Of a stretch of DNA of 24,000 nucleotides, positions 8,079 through 16,145 are shown piece after piece. Source of the stretch: Paenibacillus sp. FJAT-29882 (GTDB lineage Bacteria; Bacillota; Bacilli; Bacillales; DSM-1321). Made by a program: the position numbers and the translations under genes. Each line of letters starts with the position of its first letter. The first letter of the stretch is position 1. The stretch spans positions 1,144,436 to 1,168,435 of the forward strand of contig LMVB01000001.1 of the NCBI GenBank assembly GCA_001510645.1. The letters are read 5' to 3'. Below the pieces are notes generated by a model. It was not told the DNA's origin. It did not search any database and worked only from the letters and a program-made list of their open reading frames with translations.

Positions 8079-8984
8079 TTAAAGAATAAAGTTAGCGAAG
8101 ACATATAATATGATAATACTAATTACAATACAAATATTTGATAATGTGCCAATTAAGCGATAAGTAGGATATTTAAATTCATGAGCAAATGGCAAAACAG
8201 AGAGACCAACCGGTAGTAATAATCCAATTAGGATGGTATATCTAAACATTTGATCGAAAGGAAGTAAAAAGTAAAAAGCTAAGCCAAATATAAGCCCGAA
8301 ACCATACCGGAAAAGGACGTACTTAATGGTCGGTCTCAAATATTGTTTTTCAAAATTAAAGTTTAAATATAACCCCAATAATAGTAAAGATAAGGGTAAG
8401 TTAGCTTTAGATATAATCGTGGCTATATCAATGAATCCACCCGGTAAATGGATATTGCTGAAACTTAAAATGCCCGCAATGATGTACGTCATTAAAGGAA
8501 CCGATTTGCTGAGCTTTTTTACTATTCCAAGCGGTTTAAGGACTAGTCCCTTCTCTGAATAATAGCTTCCCGCTATATAAGAAAGCCCAAAGACAATTAA
8601 GGAATTTCCTATATCAAACATTCCGAAATAAATTAGACCGATCGGACCCCAAATCGCTTCAACGAGTGGAAAGGCAAATAACCCTACATTATATCCAGTA
8701 GCCATCATCATAAGGGTCCCTTTCAGCACCCTCTCTTCATTTTTAAATACAAAAAAAGCGATAAAAATAGAAATAAACCCAATCATAAAGGCTAGTACAG
8801 GTAACATGATTAATGAAGGCTCAATTTTAACAGAATCAAGAGAAACGATAACTAGAGCTGGTAGGGTAATATTAAAAATAATTCTAGAAATAGTTTCTCC
8901 ATCTTGTTCTTTTAATAGATTAATACGTTTTAATAGATATCCAATACATATGATGGCTATTATATACAGAAATTGTTGATTCAT
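8079..8984 (-). CDS. AEC (auxin efflux carrier) family transporter
   Basis: This is a 301-aa protein with about 10 TM segments. The N-terminal pattern (IICIGYLLKR..L.......ISRIIFNITLPALV) is typical of AEC/membrane-transport-protein family members. GAGGAG lies upstream of ATG 8984. The gene is very AT-rich. Confidence 0.75.
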   Translation of the reverse strand: MNQQFLYIIAIICIGYLLKRINLLKEQDGETISRIIFNITLPALVIVSLDSVKIEPSLIMLPVLAFMIGFISIFIAFFVFKNEERVLKGTLMMMATGYNVGLFAFPLVEAIWGPIGLIYFGMFDIGNSLIVFGLSYIAGSYYSEKGLVLKPLGIVKKLSKSVPLMTYIIAGILSFSNIHLPGGFIDIATIISKANLPLSLLLLGLYLNFNFEKQYLRPTIKYVLFRYGFGLIFGLAFYFLLPFDQMFRYTILIGLLLPVGLSVLPFAHEFKYPTYRLIGTLSNICIVISIIILYVFANFIL

Positions 8985-9131
8985 ACCGTATGATCTCCTC
9001 TGAATGTTGTTAAGAAAAATATATCATACTATCATATCTTTGTGTTCATCTACCTACAGATATTGACAGAATTTCATTTTTATAAAATAAAGGTCGATCT
9101 GTAAATTATTGAGCAAAATCTTTTTAGCTAT

Positions 9132-9183
9132 AAAAAAACCACCCAAATCTCTAGCCATTGGCAGTGACTTCGGTGATTTTTTT
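9132..9183 (-). terminator. Putative terminator downstream of the MFS gene
   Basis: On the minus strand, AAAAAAAUCACC pairs with GGUGGUUUUUUU as a 12-bp stem with one G-U pair. A U-run follows. The loop is large (28 nt). Confidence 0.4.
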
Positions 9184-9197
9184 ATGAAGAGATACTC

Positions 9198-10415
9198 TTA
9201 TCTAGTTGAGCTAGCATTTTCGACTGTTCTTAGCCGGTGTTTCGCTTTTTCACCTTTTGCCCATTTGATGCAAATAAGCAAGGTTACGAAGATGATGGCT
9301 GCGCCAAATATATACGGTAGTCCCATGTTTACATCAAACAATGCACCAGCAAGTGCAGGGCCGACCATGTTGCCGATACTCATATATGCATTGTTCATGC
9401 CAGCCGCAAAACCCTGTTCGCTTCCAGCCATTTTTGATATGGTCGTATTGATGGCAGGCCGAACCAAGGAAGTCGCGATAAAGAAAAAGGTGGATACAAT
9501 CAATACAGAGACAAAGCCAGTTGCAAACAAAAGACTGATTAAGGAAATCGCCGTCACGACAAGCATCGAATTCATAACGCGCACTTCACCAAATCGATTA
9601 AGCACACGATCGAGTACAAACGCCTGTACGATGACCCCGATTAAGCCGCCAACGACCATTAACATGGAGATATCAAATGGACTGAACCCAAACTTCACAT
9701 CTGTAAATAAGCTGATGGTTGACTGATAATTCGACAAACCGAATGAAAGAGTAAACATCATGAGTAGAAGGATGAAATATGGTTTTTTTACAGAAACGGC
9801 CAATTGGTTGATTAGAGAAGATCGTTTTGTTGGTTCTACGGATACGGCAGAACGGGCGGGCTCTTTCAAGAAAAAGATCGATAAAATAACGGCTATAGCA
9901 GCAACAGACCCTGCTATATAAAATGGTGCTTTCACGCCAAAAGCCGCTAAAAAGCCGCCGATACCAGGTCCGACCACAAACCCTAATGACATTGAAGCTC
10001 CGAGACGCCCCATTCCTTTCGCTCGGTTCTCTACCGTTGTAATATCTGCTACGAAGGCCATCATGGATGGAATTAAAAAGGCCGCACCCATCCCGCCAAT
10101 CGCTCGTGAAATAAAGAGCAGTACGAGTTGTTGAGAAAAAGCAAAGATAAACTGTGATAATGAAAAAAGAATTAAACCGAACACAATGATTTTCTTTCGA
10201 CCAAACCGGTCAGACAAATCCCCGGCAATCGGTGAAAAGATAAATTGTGCCAAAGCGAATGTAGCAATGAGTAAGCCAAAGGTTTTCCCTCCAGCTCCAA
10301 AATCATGAATAATCGTCGGCATGATCGGAATAACGAGTCCAATCCCGGTCATGACGATAAACATATTGGCCATTAATATGAGAAGGGGAAACTGTTGAAT
10401 ATTTTTTCTTGACAT
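9198..10415 (-). CDS. MFS transporter, DHA1-type drug/H+ antiporter
   Basis: This is a 405-aa, 12-TM protein. It has MFS motif A (GDLSDRFGRKKII) and a motif C-like segment (GPGIGGFL). It lies 82 nt downstream of a TetR gene on the same strand. Confidence 0.85.
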   Translation of the reverse strand: MSRKNIQQFPLLILMANMFIVMTGIGLVIPIMPTIIHDFGAGGKTFGLLIATFALAQFIFSPIAGDLSDRFGRKKIIVFGLILFSLSQFIFAFSQQLVLLFISRAIGGMGAAFLIPSMMAFVADITTVENRAKGMGRLGASMSLGFVVGPGIGGFLAAFGVKAPFYIAGSVAAIAVILSIFFLKEPARSAVSVEPTKRSSLINQLAVSVKKPYFILLLMMFTLSFGLSNYQSTISLFTDVKFGFSPFDISMLMVVGGLIGVIVQAFVLDRVLNRFGEVRVMNSMLVVTAISLISLLFATGFVSVLIVSTFFFIATSLVRPAINTTISKMAGSEQGFAAGMNNAYMSIGNMVGPALAGALFDVNMGLPYIFGAAIIFVTLLICIKWAKGEKAKHRLRTVENASSTR

Positions 10416-10497
10416 TTATTAACCTGCTTTCTTTATACTCTCTAATTTTATCCCACTCTTAATGGGCAGTAATACCCCCACTGATGAAAGTTTCACT

Positions 10498-11370
10498 TTA
10501 TTTAATAAGTGGGGTGACAGGCATTTGTTTCATCGTTTCTTCCAATTCCGACGCTAGTTCCACAAAAACGTTGCTTTCTTTTAAATTGTGGATCATGCCT
10601 GATAAAACGGCTACACGAGGTTTTATTTCTAATAGTTCCTTTTCCAGAATTTCCACAGATTCGATCATAATATCTTCTGCATGCATACTTAATGAGACAA
10701 GCGTTTCTTTCATTTTCCGCACGATGTAAAGAGGATGAGTGGTTTCATGTGGGTGTGCTTGCAAAGGAGAAGTCATAAAAAACGGATTAGGTTTTTCCTC
10801 AATGAATGTGTGTGCGATTGTTTTAAGCTGTAGAAATAGAAAACGAGCAAGTTCATTAGGGTCACACGCTTTTCCCTCTTCAATAATGCCGCGCACGTAG
10901 GTAATTAACATGCCTTTTAGCGTAGCCGTTAAATCTGTCGCATATGTTGCTGCTTCTTGCCCAAAAACCGACACGATTCCTTTTTCTGTTTTCTGAAGCA
11001 GTTTGGTATGTTGTTGATGCACGAATTGATTGAGAGATGGGTCCTCAAGTCCTCTGACCTCATTCATTTGCATTTGAAAAAACTCGTGAAATTCACAATA
11101 ATGACGGAGGCGAATAGCAATTCCACGGATAAAGGCCTCCTCGACTGAATCATCGTTCGTTTCTGCTGCAGCCATTTGTTGGTTCAGCATTTGATAATAA
11201 TACGAAAAAATATCGGATAAGAGTTCTTCTTTCGATTTGAAATGGGTATATAAGCTTCCTTTGGAGACTCCACATACATCAGCAATTTGCTGCATGGACG
11301 TTTGATGGAAGCTTGTTTTCGAAAAAAGTTTCATAGCAGCGATTAATATTTTTCGTTTCTTTTCGTTCAT
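10498..11370 (-). CDS. TetR/AcrR-family transcriptional regulator (long form, 290 aa)
   Basis: The N-terminal HTH is KRKILIAAMKLFSKTSFHQTSMQQIADVCGVSKGSLYTHFKSKEELL. GGAGGTG lies 5 nt upstream of ATG 11370. Confidence 0.9.
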   Translation of the reverse strand: MNEKKRKILIAAMKLFSKTSFHQTSMQQIADVCGVSKGSLYTHFKSKEELLSDIFSYYYQMLNQQMAAAETNDDSVEEAFIRGIAIRLRHYCEFHEFFQMQMNEVRGLEDPSLNQFVHQQHTKLLQKTEKGIVSVFGQEAATYATDLTATLKGMLITYVRGIIEEGKACDPNELARFLFLQLKTIAHTFIEEKPNPFFMTSPLQAHPHETTHPLYIVRKMKETLVSLSMHAEDIMIESVEILEKELLEIKPRVAVLSGMIHNLKESNVFVELASELEETMKQMPVTPLIK

Positions 11371-11384
11371 TCCGCACCTCCATT

Positions 11385-11417
11385 AACCAACTGGTTTTTG
11401 AATTGACCAACTGGTCA
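11385..11417 (-). promoter_or_regulatory. Two tandem palindromic operator candidates in the tetR-MFS leader
   Basis: The sites are AACCAACTGGTT (11385-11396) and TGACCAACTGGTCA (11404-11417). Both have the form ACCA-AC-TGGT, with centres 20 bp apart. They lie between the RBS and a candidate extended -10 on the minus strand (TGgTAGAAT, -10 at 11429-11434). Confidence 0.5.
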
Positions 11418-11801
11418 TCTCTTTATAAATTCTACCACAGGTCTCGAACACTTTCACGTAAAAATTTTCGTATAGCGAAGTTTTTTACATTCAAAAATTT
11501 TCGCAATACAAAGCATCCAATCATGCAATAGTATTTCAGTGTACAGGGCGATATTTGTTCAGTTTTTTGTATTGAATATGAATGGAGGAGAGATAATATA
11601 TATTGAAATAATAAAAACATCCATAAGCATCTGATCTCGACTAAAACAATGAATAAGGTTCAGGTTCTCAAATTGTTTCAGCTTATGAAGGTGGTGGTGC
11701 GGAGCTGATTTTGCGAAGCCCCGACTCTTTTCCATGATGAAGGGGAGAATGGTAAAATCATTTATCAGAATGTAAACATGGATTTATTATTATAAATATT
11801 A

Positions 11802-11829
11802 TTGCATAATTATAAAGATGTGTTAAAAT
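11802..11829 (+). promoter_or_regulatory. Candidate sigma-A promoter for the artPQR-like operon
   Basis: TTGCAT (11802-11807), a 16-nt spacer, then the extended -10 TGtTAAAAT (11821-11829). Confidence 0.35.
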
Positions 11830-11935
11830 ACATTAAAGTGCATGAATATTAAAAGCTATAATTATATTTTCCTATAATGAATGTATCAAATGTTGATAGG
11901 GAAAAATTAATTCATTAGGTATGGAGGAGTATAGA

Positions 11936-12760
11936 ATGAAGAGTAGTAAACAACTTATGCTTATGTTTGCCATGATTATGATGATCGGTATTTTAGCTGC
12001 ATGTGGGACATCCAATAATGATGATTCAGCAAACAATAAAGAATCAGCAAATGGTGATGGAAAAAAAGTATTAATGATGGGAACTTCTGCGGATTATCCG
12101 CCATTTGAATATGTTGAGACGGCAAAGAGTGATGATATCATCGGCTTTGACATAGATGTGGCTAGAGCAATTACTGAAAAACTTGGCTATGAATTTAAAG
12201 TAAAGGATATCGACTTTAATGGACTCGTGCCTTCTTTAGAAAACGGGACAATTGATTTTGTTCTTTCGGGGATGTCACCTACTGCAGATCGTAAAAAAAC
12301 GGTGGATTTCAGTGATATTTATTACAAATCGAACCATATGATTGTAACGAAAGCAGACGGGAAAATCAAAAGTGTTGAAGATCTTAATGGTGCTACAGTA
12401 GGTGTTCAATTAGCGTCCATCCAAGAAGGAATTGCCAAGGATCTTAAAAAAGACGGCATAGATCTTACGGTTGAAAACCGTAATCGAATTCCAGATATCG
12501 TGCAAGAAATCAAAGCTGGCCGTTTTGATGCAGCTATTATTGAAGATACAGTCGCAAAAGGCTATTTAGCTGACAATTCAGATCTTGCGGGGTATGTGAT
12601 TGACGGAAAAACAAAAACAGAAGAAGCAGGTTCAGCGATTGCATTCCAAAAAGATAGTGAACTAACTGAAAAATTTAATAATGAATTGAAAAAAATGATG
12701 GAAAACGGTGAAATGGAAGAACTTATTTTAAAATGGTTTGGTGGCGAAACAGCTAAATAA
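11936..12760 (+). CDS. artP: Polar amino-acid (arginine-type) ABC transporter substrate-binding lipoprotein
   Basis: The start is moved to ATG 11936, 6 nt after GGAGGAG (11923-11929). The signal peptide has the lipobox LAAC (MKSSKQLMLMFAMIMMIGILAACGT). The body is a family-3 SBP (GTSADYPPFEY, SGMSPTADRK, GSAIAFQKDS). The gene order matches B. subtilis artPQR (yqiXYZ). Confidence 0.8.
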   Translation: MKSSKQLMLMFAMIMMIGILAACGTSNNDDSANNKESANGDGKKVLMMGTSADYPPFEYVETAKSDDIIGFDIDVARAITEKLGYEFKVKDIDFNGLVPSLENGTIDFVLSGMSPTADRKKTVDFSDIYYKSNHMIVTKADGKIKSVEDLNGATVGVQLASIQEGIAKDLKKDGIDLTVENRNRIPDIVQEIKAGRFDAAIIEDTVAKGYLADNSDLAGYVIDGKTKTEEAGSAIAFQKDSELTEKFNNELKKMMENGEMEELILKWFGGETAK

Positions 12761-12765
12761 GTGAA

Positions 12766-12807
12766 GAAAACGTTCAAAAGGGTGCGTGTTCTCTTTTGAA
12801 CGTTTTT
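12766..12807 (+). other. Intercistronic terminator-like hairpin between the SBP and permease genes
   Basis: GAAAACGTTCAAAAG (12766-12780) pairs with CTTTTGAACGTTTTT (12793-12807) across a 12-nt loop. The stem ends in a T-run. It overlaps the over-extended 5' end of ORF-track entry 12786. Confidence 0.6.
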
Positions 12808-12839
12808 CCGCGCTTTCCTGTTTACTGACCAATGAGAGG

Positions 12840-13508
12840 ATGAATGGTTTGAACTTGGATTTTGAAAGAATTATGCCCTCCCTTCCTTATATTTTAGAGG
12901 GGATTCCAATGACGTTAAAAGTCGTTGCTGTAGCAGCGGTAATCGGGATTGTGTTAGGAATCGTGTTGTCGTTAATGAAAATCAGCCGCATGAAGCCATT
13001 GAAATGGATTGCGGACTTTTATACTTCTATTTTCCGCGGCACACCGCTTGTGCTCCAGCTTATGTTAATTTATTTTGGATCACCACAATTGTTCGGCGTG
13101 CAAATTGATGCTTTTGAAGCGGCTTTCTTGTCATTTGGTTTAAATTCTGCTGCTTATATTTCAGAAGTAATTCGTGGCGGAATTAATGCTGTCGATAAGG
13201 GACAAAGAGAAGCGGCACTTGCCCTAGGAGTTCCCTATTCGAGTATGATGTTAAGTATAATCCTGCCTCAGGCGTTCAAAAATATTTTACCAGCTTTAAT
13301 GAATGAATTTATTACGTTAACAAAAGAATCGGCAATTGTCACAACTATTGGACTAGCAGATATCATGCGCCGTTCTTATATTGTTGGTGGCGAAACATAT
13401 AAATTCTTCGAACCGATTTTATTTGCTGGGTTGATATATTATGTGATGGTCATGATTTTAACTGTGATTGGTAAATTGGTTGAAGGGAGAATGAAACGCA
13501 GTGATTAA
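12840..13508 (+). CDS. artQ: Polar amino-acid ABC transporter permease (HisMQ family)
   Basis: The EAA-loop region is [17 protein letters not shown], with 5 TM segments. The track start at 12786 lies inside the upstream hairpin and is rejected. ATG 12840 is given. TTG 12849, 9 nt after GAGAGG, is an equally plausible start. Confidence 0.8.
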   Translation: MNGLNLDFERIMPSLPYILEGIPMTLKVVAVAAVIGIVLGIVLSLMKISRMKPLKWIADFYTSIFRGTPLVLQLMLIYFGSPQLFGVQIDAFEAAFLSFGLNSAAYISEVIRGGINAVDKGQREAALALGVPYSSMMLSIILPQAFKNILPALMNEFITLTKESAIVTTIGLADIMRRSYIVGGETYKFFEPILFAGLIYYVMVMILTVIGKLVEGRMKRSD

Positions 13509-14223
13509 AGTAGACAACCTCCACAAAAGTTATGGAAAACTGGACGTCCTTAAAGGAATCAACACAAGTATTAAAGAAGGCGAAGTAGTTGCAGTTATTG
13601 GTCCTTCAGGGTCAGGGAAATCGACATTTCTTCGCTGTTTGAATTTACTCGAACAGCCAACTTCTGGGCAAATTTGGATAAAAGAAACGGATATTACCGA
13701 TAAAAAAGCAAACATCATGAAAGTCCGAGAAAATGTTGGAATGGTGTTTCAACATTTTCATTTGTTCCCACATAAAACAGTTCTGGATAATTTAACCTAT
13801 GCACCGATGAAGGTGAAAGGTCTTTCCAAACAAGAGGCACAAAAACAAGGACGGGAACTACTAAAAAAAGTGGGTCTAGCAGATAAAGAAAAGCAGTATC
13901 CGAATAAATTATCCGGGGGGCAAAAACAGCGTGTTGCCATCGCTAGAGCACTTGCAATGAACCCTGATGTTATGCTGTTTGATGAGCCTACTTCAGCACT
14001 CGATCCAGAAATGGTTAAAGAAGTGTTAGCTGTTATGAAAGATCTCGTTCATACAGGAATGACAATGGTCATTGTCACACATGAAATGGGCTTTGCACGT
14101 GAAGTAGCTGATCGAATTCTTTTCCTTGATGGTGGGAACCTTGTTGAAGATGCACCGCCAAGTGAGTTCTTCTCGAGCCCGAAAAGTCAGCGTGCGCAAG
14201 AATTTTTGGAAAAGGTTTTATAA
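13501..14223 (+). CDS. artR: Polar amino-acid ABC transporter ATP-binding protein
   Basis: Walker A is GPSGSGKST, the signature is [15 protein letters not shown], and Walker B is [11 protein letters not shown]. It is 240 aa. GTG 13501 overlaps the artQ stop by 8 nt. Confidence 0.85.
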   Translation: MIKVDNLHKSYGKLDVLKGINTSIKEGEVVAVIGPSGSGKSTFLRCLNLLEQPTSGQIWIKETDITDKKANIMKVRENVGMVFQHFHLFPHKTVLDNLTYAPMKVKGLSKQEAQKQGRELLKKVGLADKEKQYPNKLSGGQKQRVAIARALAMNPDVMLFDEPTSALDPEMVKEVLAVMKDLVHTGMTMVIVTHEMGFAREVADRILFLDGGNLVEDAPPSEFFSSPKSQRAQEFLEKVL

Positions 14224-14227
14224 GACT

Positions 14228-14259
14228 AAAAAAGACAACGAATAGTTGTCTTTTTTTTT
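14228..14259 (+). terminator. Rho-independent terminator of the art operon
   Basis: AAAAAAGACAAC, a GAATA loop, then GTTGTC followed by T9. Confidence 0.8.
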
Positions 14260-14370
14260 GCGGAAAAATGTGAATACTAGAATTATGGTAGTCAACAGCA
14301 CTTTCACTATAAATTGGCTGCATTTGTTGGTAAGATGGGTACTATCATAAGAAAACTAGGTGATATCGTT

Positions 14371-15363
14371 ATGTTTAAAATTGGATACCGGACATTGAAA
14401 ACGGCAGCTGGCACGACGCTTGCTATTTTTCTAGCACAATTAGCGGGGTTGGATAGTTTTCCATCTGCAGGAATTATCACGATTCTTTGTACGAAAGTAA
14501 CGAAAAAGAAATCTCTTGGGGCCGCTTATTCGCGATTTATAGCTTGTTTAATTGCGATGGTCTATTCCACCATCCTGTTTGAACTATTTGGCTATAATCC
14601 AGTTATCATTGGCATTATTTTATTACTTTTAATACCGACAACGGTTGCTTTGAAAGTAAATGAAGGCATCGTAACAAGCGGTGTTATTATCCTACATCTA
14701 TATACGGCTGAACATATTACGCTTGATCTCTGGCTGAATGAATTAGGACTCATTATAATTGGAATTGGTTCAGCTTTATTAATGAACTGGTATATGCCAA
14801 GTCTTGAAAATAAATTAATCGATTACCAGCAAAAAGTTGAGGAGAATTTCAGCAAAATTCTTATGGAGCTAGTAAATTATTTGCATACCAACAAAAGTGA
14901 CTGGGATGGGAAAGAAATTACTGAGACAACAAAATTATTAGCTGAAGCAAAGACATTGGCATTTCGCGATGTAGAGAATCATTTTTTGCGTGAAGATGAC
15001 GTTTATTATCATTATTTTAAAATGAGGGAAAAGCAATTTGAAATTATAGAGCGCATCTTGCCACTAGCTACGAATATTCCGTCAAAAGTTAAGCAAAGCA
15101 AGATGTTGGGGGAATTTCTCATTGAACTAAGCAACAACGTTCATCCGCAAAATACCGCAATTATTTATTTACAAAAGCTTGATGAGATGGAACAGGTTTT
15201 TAAAAAAATGGAGCTTCCTGTGACCCGAGAAGAGTTTGAATCGAGAGCAGCGTTATTACAGTTAATGAAGGAAATCGAGCAGTATTTGCAGCTTAAGCAT
15301 TCATTTAAAGGGCTACCAGAACCAAAAAAACAGCATGAAAAGCTGAAGAGGGGTGAAAACTAA
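14371..15363 (+). CDS. yqjA: Aromatic acid exporter (ArAE/FUSC-like) family membrane protein, YqjA-like
   Basis: The start is moved to ATG 14371 (MFKIGYRTLKTAAGTTLAIFLAQ...), which is preceded by AGGTGA. The N-terminal half has 5 TM segments and the C-terminal half is a long coiled cytoplasmic region, as in this family. The position matches B. subtilis yqjA. Confidence 0.7.
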   Translation: MFKIGYRTLKTAAGTTLAIFLAQLAGLDSFPSAGIITILCTKVTKKKSLGAAYSRFIACLIAMVYSTILFELFGYNPVIIGIILLLLIPTTVALKVNEGIVTSGVIILHLYTAEHITLDLWLNELGLIIIGIGSALLMNWYMPSLENKLIDYQQKVEENFSKILMELVNYLHTNKSDWDGKEITETTKLLAEAKTLAFRDVENHFLREDDVYYHYFKMREKQFEIIERILPLATNIPSKVKQSKMLGEFLIELSNNVHPQNTAIIYLQKLDEMEQVFKKMELPVTREEFESRAALLQLMKEIEQYLQLKHSFKGLPEPKKQHEKLKRGEN

Positions 15364-15390
15364 CGGAAAATGAATGGAAGGTTTGATCAA

Positions 15391-15900
15391 ATGAAGATGT
15401 TACTTTCCTTAATCTTTATAAGCATCTTGTTGTCATGTGTGCCAATGCCCGCTTCAGCTGTTGTTGGAGAACCCTTTGTCATCGTGAATAAAGCAACCAA
15501 CAAGGTGGCATTTATTGATGATAATAAAGTTCAGAATGTTTACCCAGCTGGTACAGGGAGAAGCAAGGAGCTTACACCAGAAGGATTATTTACCGTTAAA
15601 GTGAAGGCTGTTAATCCGTATTTTCGAAAAAAGAATATTCCTGGCGGTGATCCTAGAAATCCACTAGGAACGAGGTGGATTGGCTTTGATGCATTGGGAA
15701 CAGATGGGAGAATTTATGGACTTCATGGTACGAACAATCAAGCTTCTGTTGGGAAATATATTTCAAATGGATGTGTCCGTTTGAGAAAAGCTGATATCGA
15801 ACATTTATATGAGCGTGTGCCAATCGGTACAAAAGTTTTAGTCACCCATTCACCAAAAGACTTTACAACATTGGCTAAAGAGCAAGGAGCCATTAAATAA
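15391..15900 (+). CDS. yqjB: L,D-transpeptidase (YkuD domain) with signal peptide, YqjB-like
   Basis: The catalytic motif is LHGTNNQASVGKYISNGCVRL. The signal peptide is MKMLLSLIFISILLSCVPMPASA. ATG 15391 lies 9 nt after GGAAGG. The track start at 15370 remains possible and would give 176 aa. Confidence 0.8.
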   Translation: MKMLLSLIFISILLSCVPMPASAVVGEPFVIVNKATNKVAFIDDNKVQNVYPAGTGRSKELTPEGLFTVKVKAVNPYFRKKNIPGGDPRNPLGTRWIGFDALGTDGRIYGLHGTNNQASVGKYISNGCVRLRKADIEHLYERVPIGTKVLVTHSPKDFTTLAKEQGAIK

Positions 15901-15923
15901 GAAAAGCGTAAAGATCCGTCAAT

Positions 15924-16045
15924 AAAGAGGCTGTCTTTTAACTAAAGGGTCAACCCCACATCAACTATATTCCGTTTATAGACGTGTAACGACTAATAAA
16001 CGGAATATAGAGTGTGGGGGCTGACCCTTTTTGGACGATCTCTTT
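15924..16045. repeat. Nested imperfect palindrome of about 120 bp, likely a bidirectional terminator and a member of the GGGTCTGACC element family
   Basis: The outer arms are AAAGAGGCTGTC (15924-15935) and GACGATCTCTTT (16034-16045). The inner arms are AAAGGGTCAACCCCACATCAACTATATTCCGTTTAT (15944-15979) and ATAAACGGAATATAGAGTGTGGGGGCTGACCCTTT (15996-16030). A T-run follows on the plus strand. Confidence 0.7.
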
Positions 16046-16046
16046 T

Positions 16047-16145
16047 TTATTGTAGGAAGAATGCAACGCCAGAAAGTAGACTTGTCAATAACATGGAAAT
16101 AATCATTAAATAAACAACAATTTTTCTCGTTTTCTTGTTTTTCAT
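16047..16145 (-). CDS. Hypothetical 32-aa single-TM peptide (below the ORF-track cutoff)
   Basis: On the minus strand, TGAGGAGAG is followed 6 nt later by ATG (16145). Translation: MKNKKTRKIVVYLMIISMLLTSLLSGVAFFLQ, ending at TAA (16047-16049). It has a basic N-terminus and one hydrophobic helix. Confidence 0.45.
   Translation of the reverse strand: MKNKKTRKIVVYLMIISMLLTSLLSGVAFFLQ

Noticed and set aside
3100-9100. A mobile element or genomic island explaining the two AT-rich islets.
   Set aside because: I found no integrase, transposase or recombinase ORF, no tRNA or attachment-site-like direct repeats, and no terminal inverted repeats. Only the compositional observation is reported.
9109-9726. 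A 205-aa ORF on the plus strand.
   Set aside because: It lies entirely antisense to the well-supported MFS transporter gene. It has no SD, and its composition is low-complexity Ser/Thr/Ala/Ile-rich, typical of the antisense frame of a membrane-protein gene. The same reasoning applies to the other track ORFs antisense to strong genes:
- 628..828
- 1483..1707
- 2021..2281
- 2288..2524
- 2609..2803
- 5484..5774
- 6546..6887
- 8326..8562
- 10484..10729
- 10957..11148
- 12562..12777
- 13530..13718
- 14075..14323
- 17989..18174
- 18981..19199
- 19802..20038
- 19897..20091
- 20137..20499
- 20216..20398
- 20600..20809
- 23080..23844

It also applies to the alternative same-strand frames:
- 2417..2602
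- 2702..2923
- 17387..17611
- 17993..18235
- 19042..19251
11432-11620. A 62-aa minus-strand ORF in the tetR upstream spacer. ORFs 1810..2037, 5009..5248, 19584..19802, 21986..22186, 22106..22300 and 22483..22677 are in the same class.
   Set aside because: They have no SD and no recognisable domain. They run through promoter, terminator or repeat sequence, or overlap better-supported genes. They are most likely chance ORFs in AT-rich spacers.
11688-11702. AAGGTGGTGGTGCGG, which resembles the T-box motif GGGTGGTACCGCG, in the spacer upstream of artP.
   Set aside because: It does not match the invariant ACCGCG core. I could identify no specifier-loop or stem I elements and no terminator/antiterminator. 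The best promoter candidate lies downstream of it.
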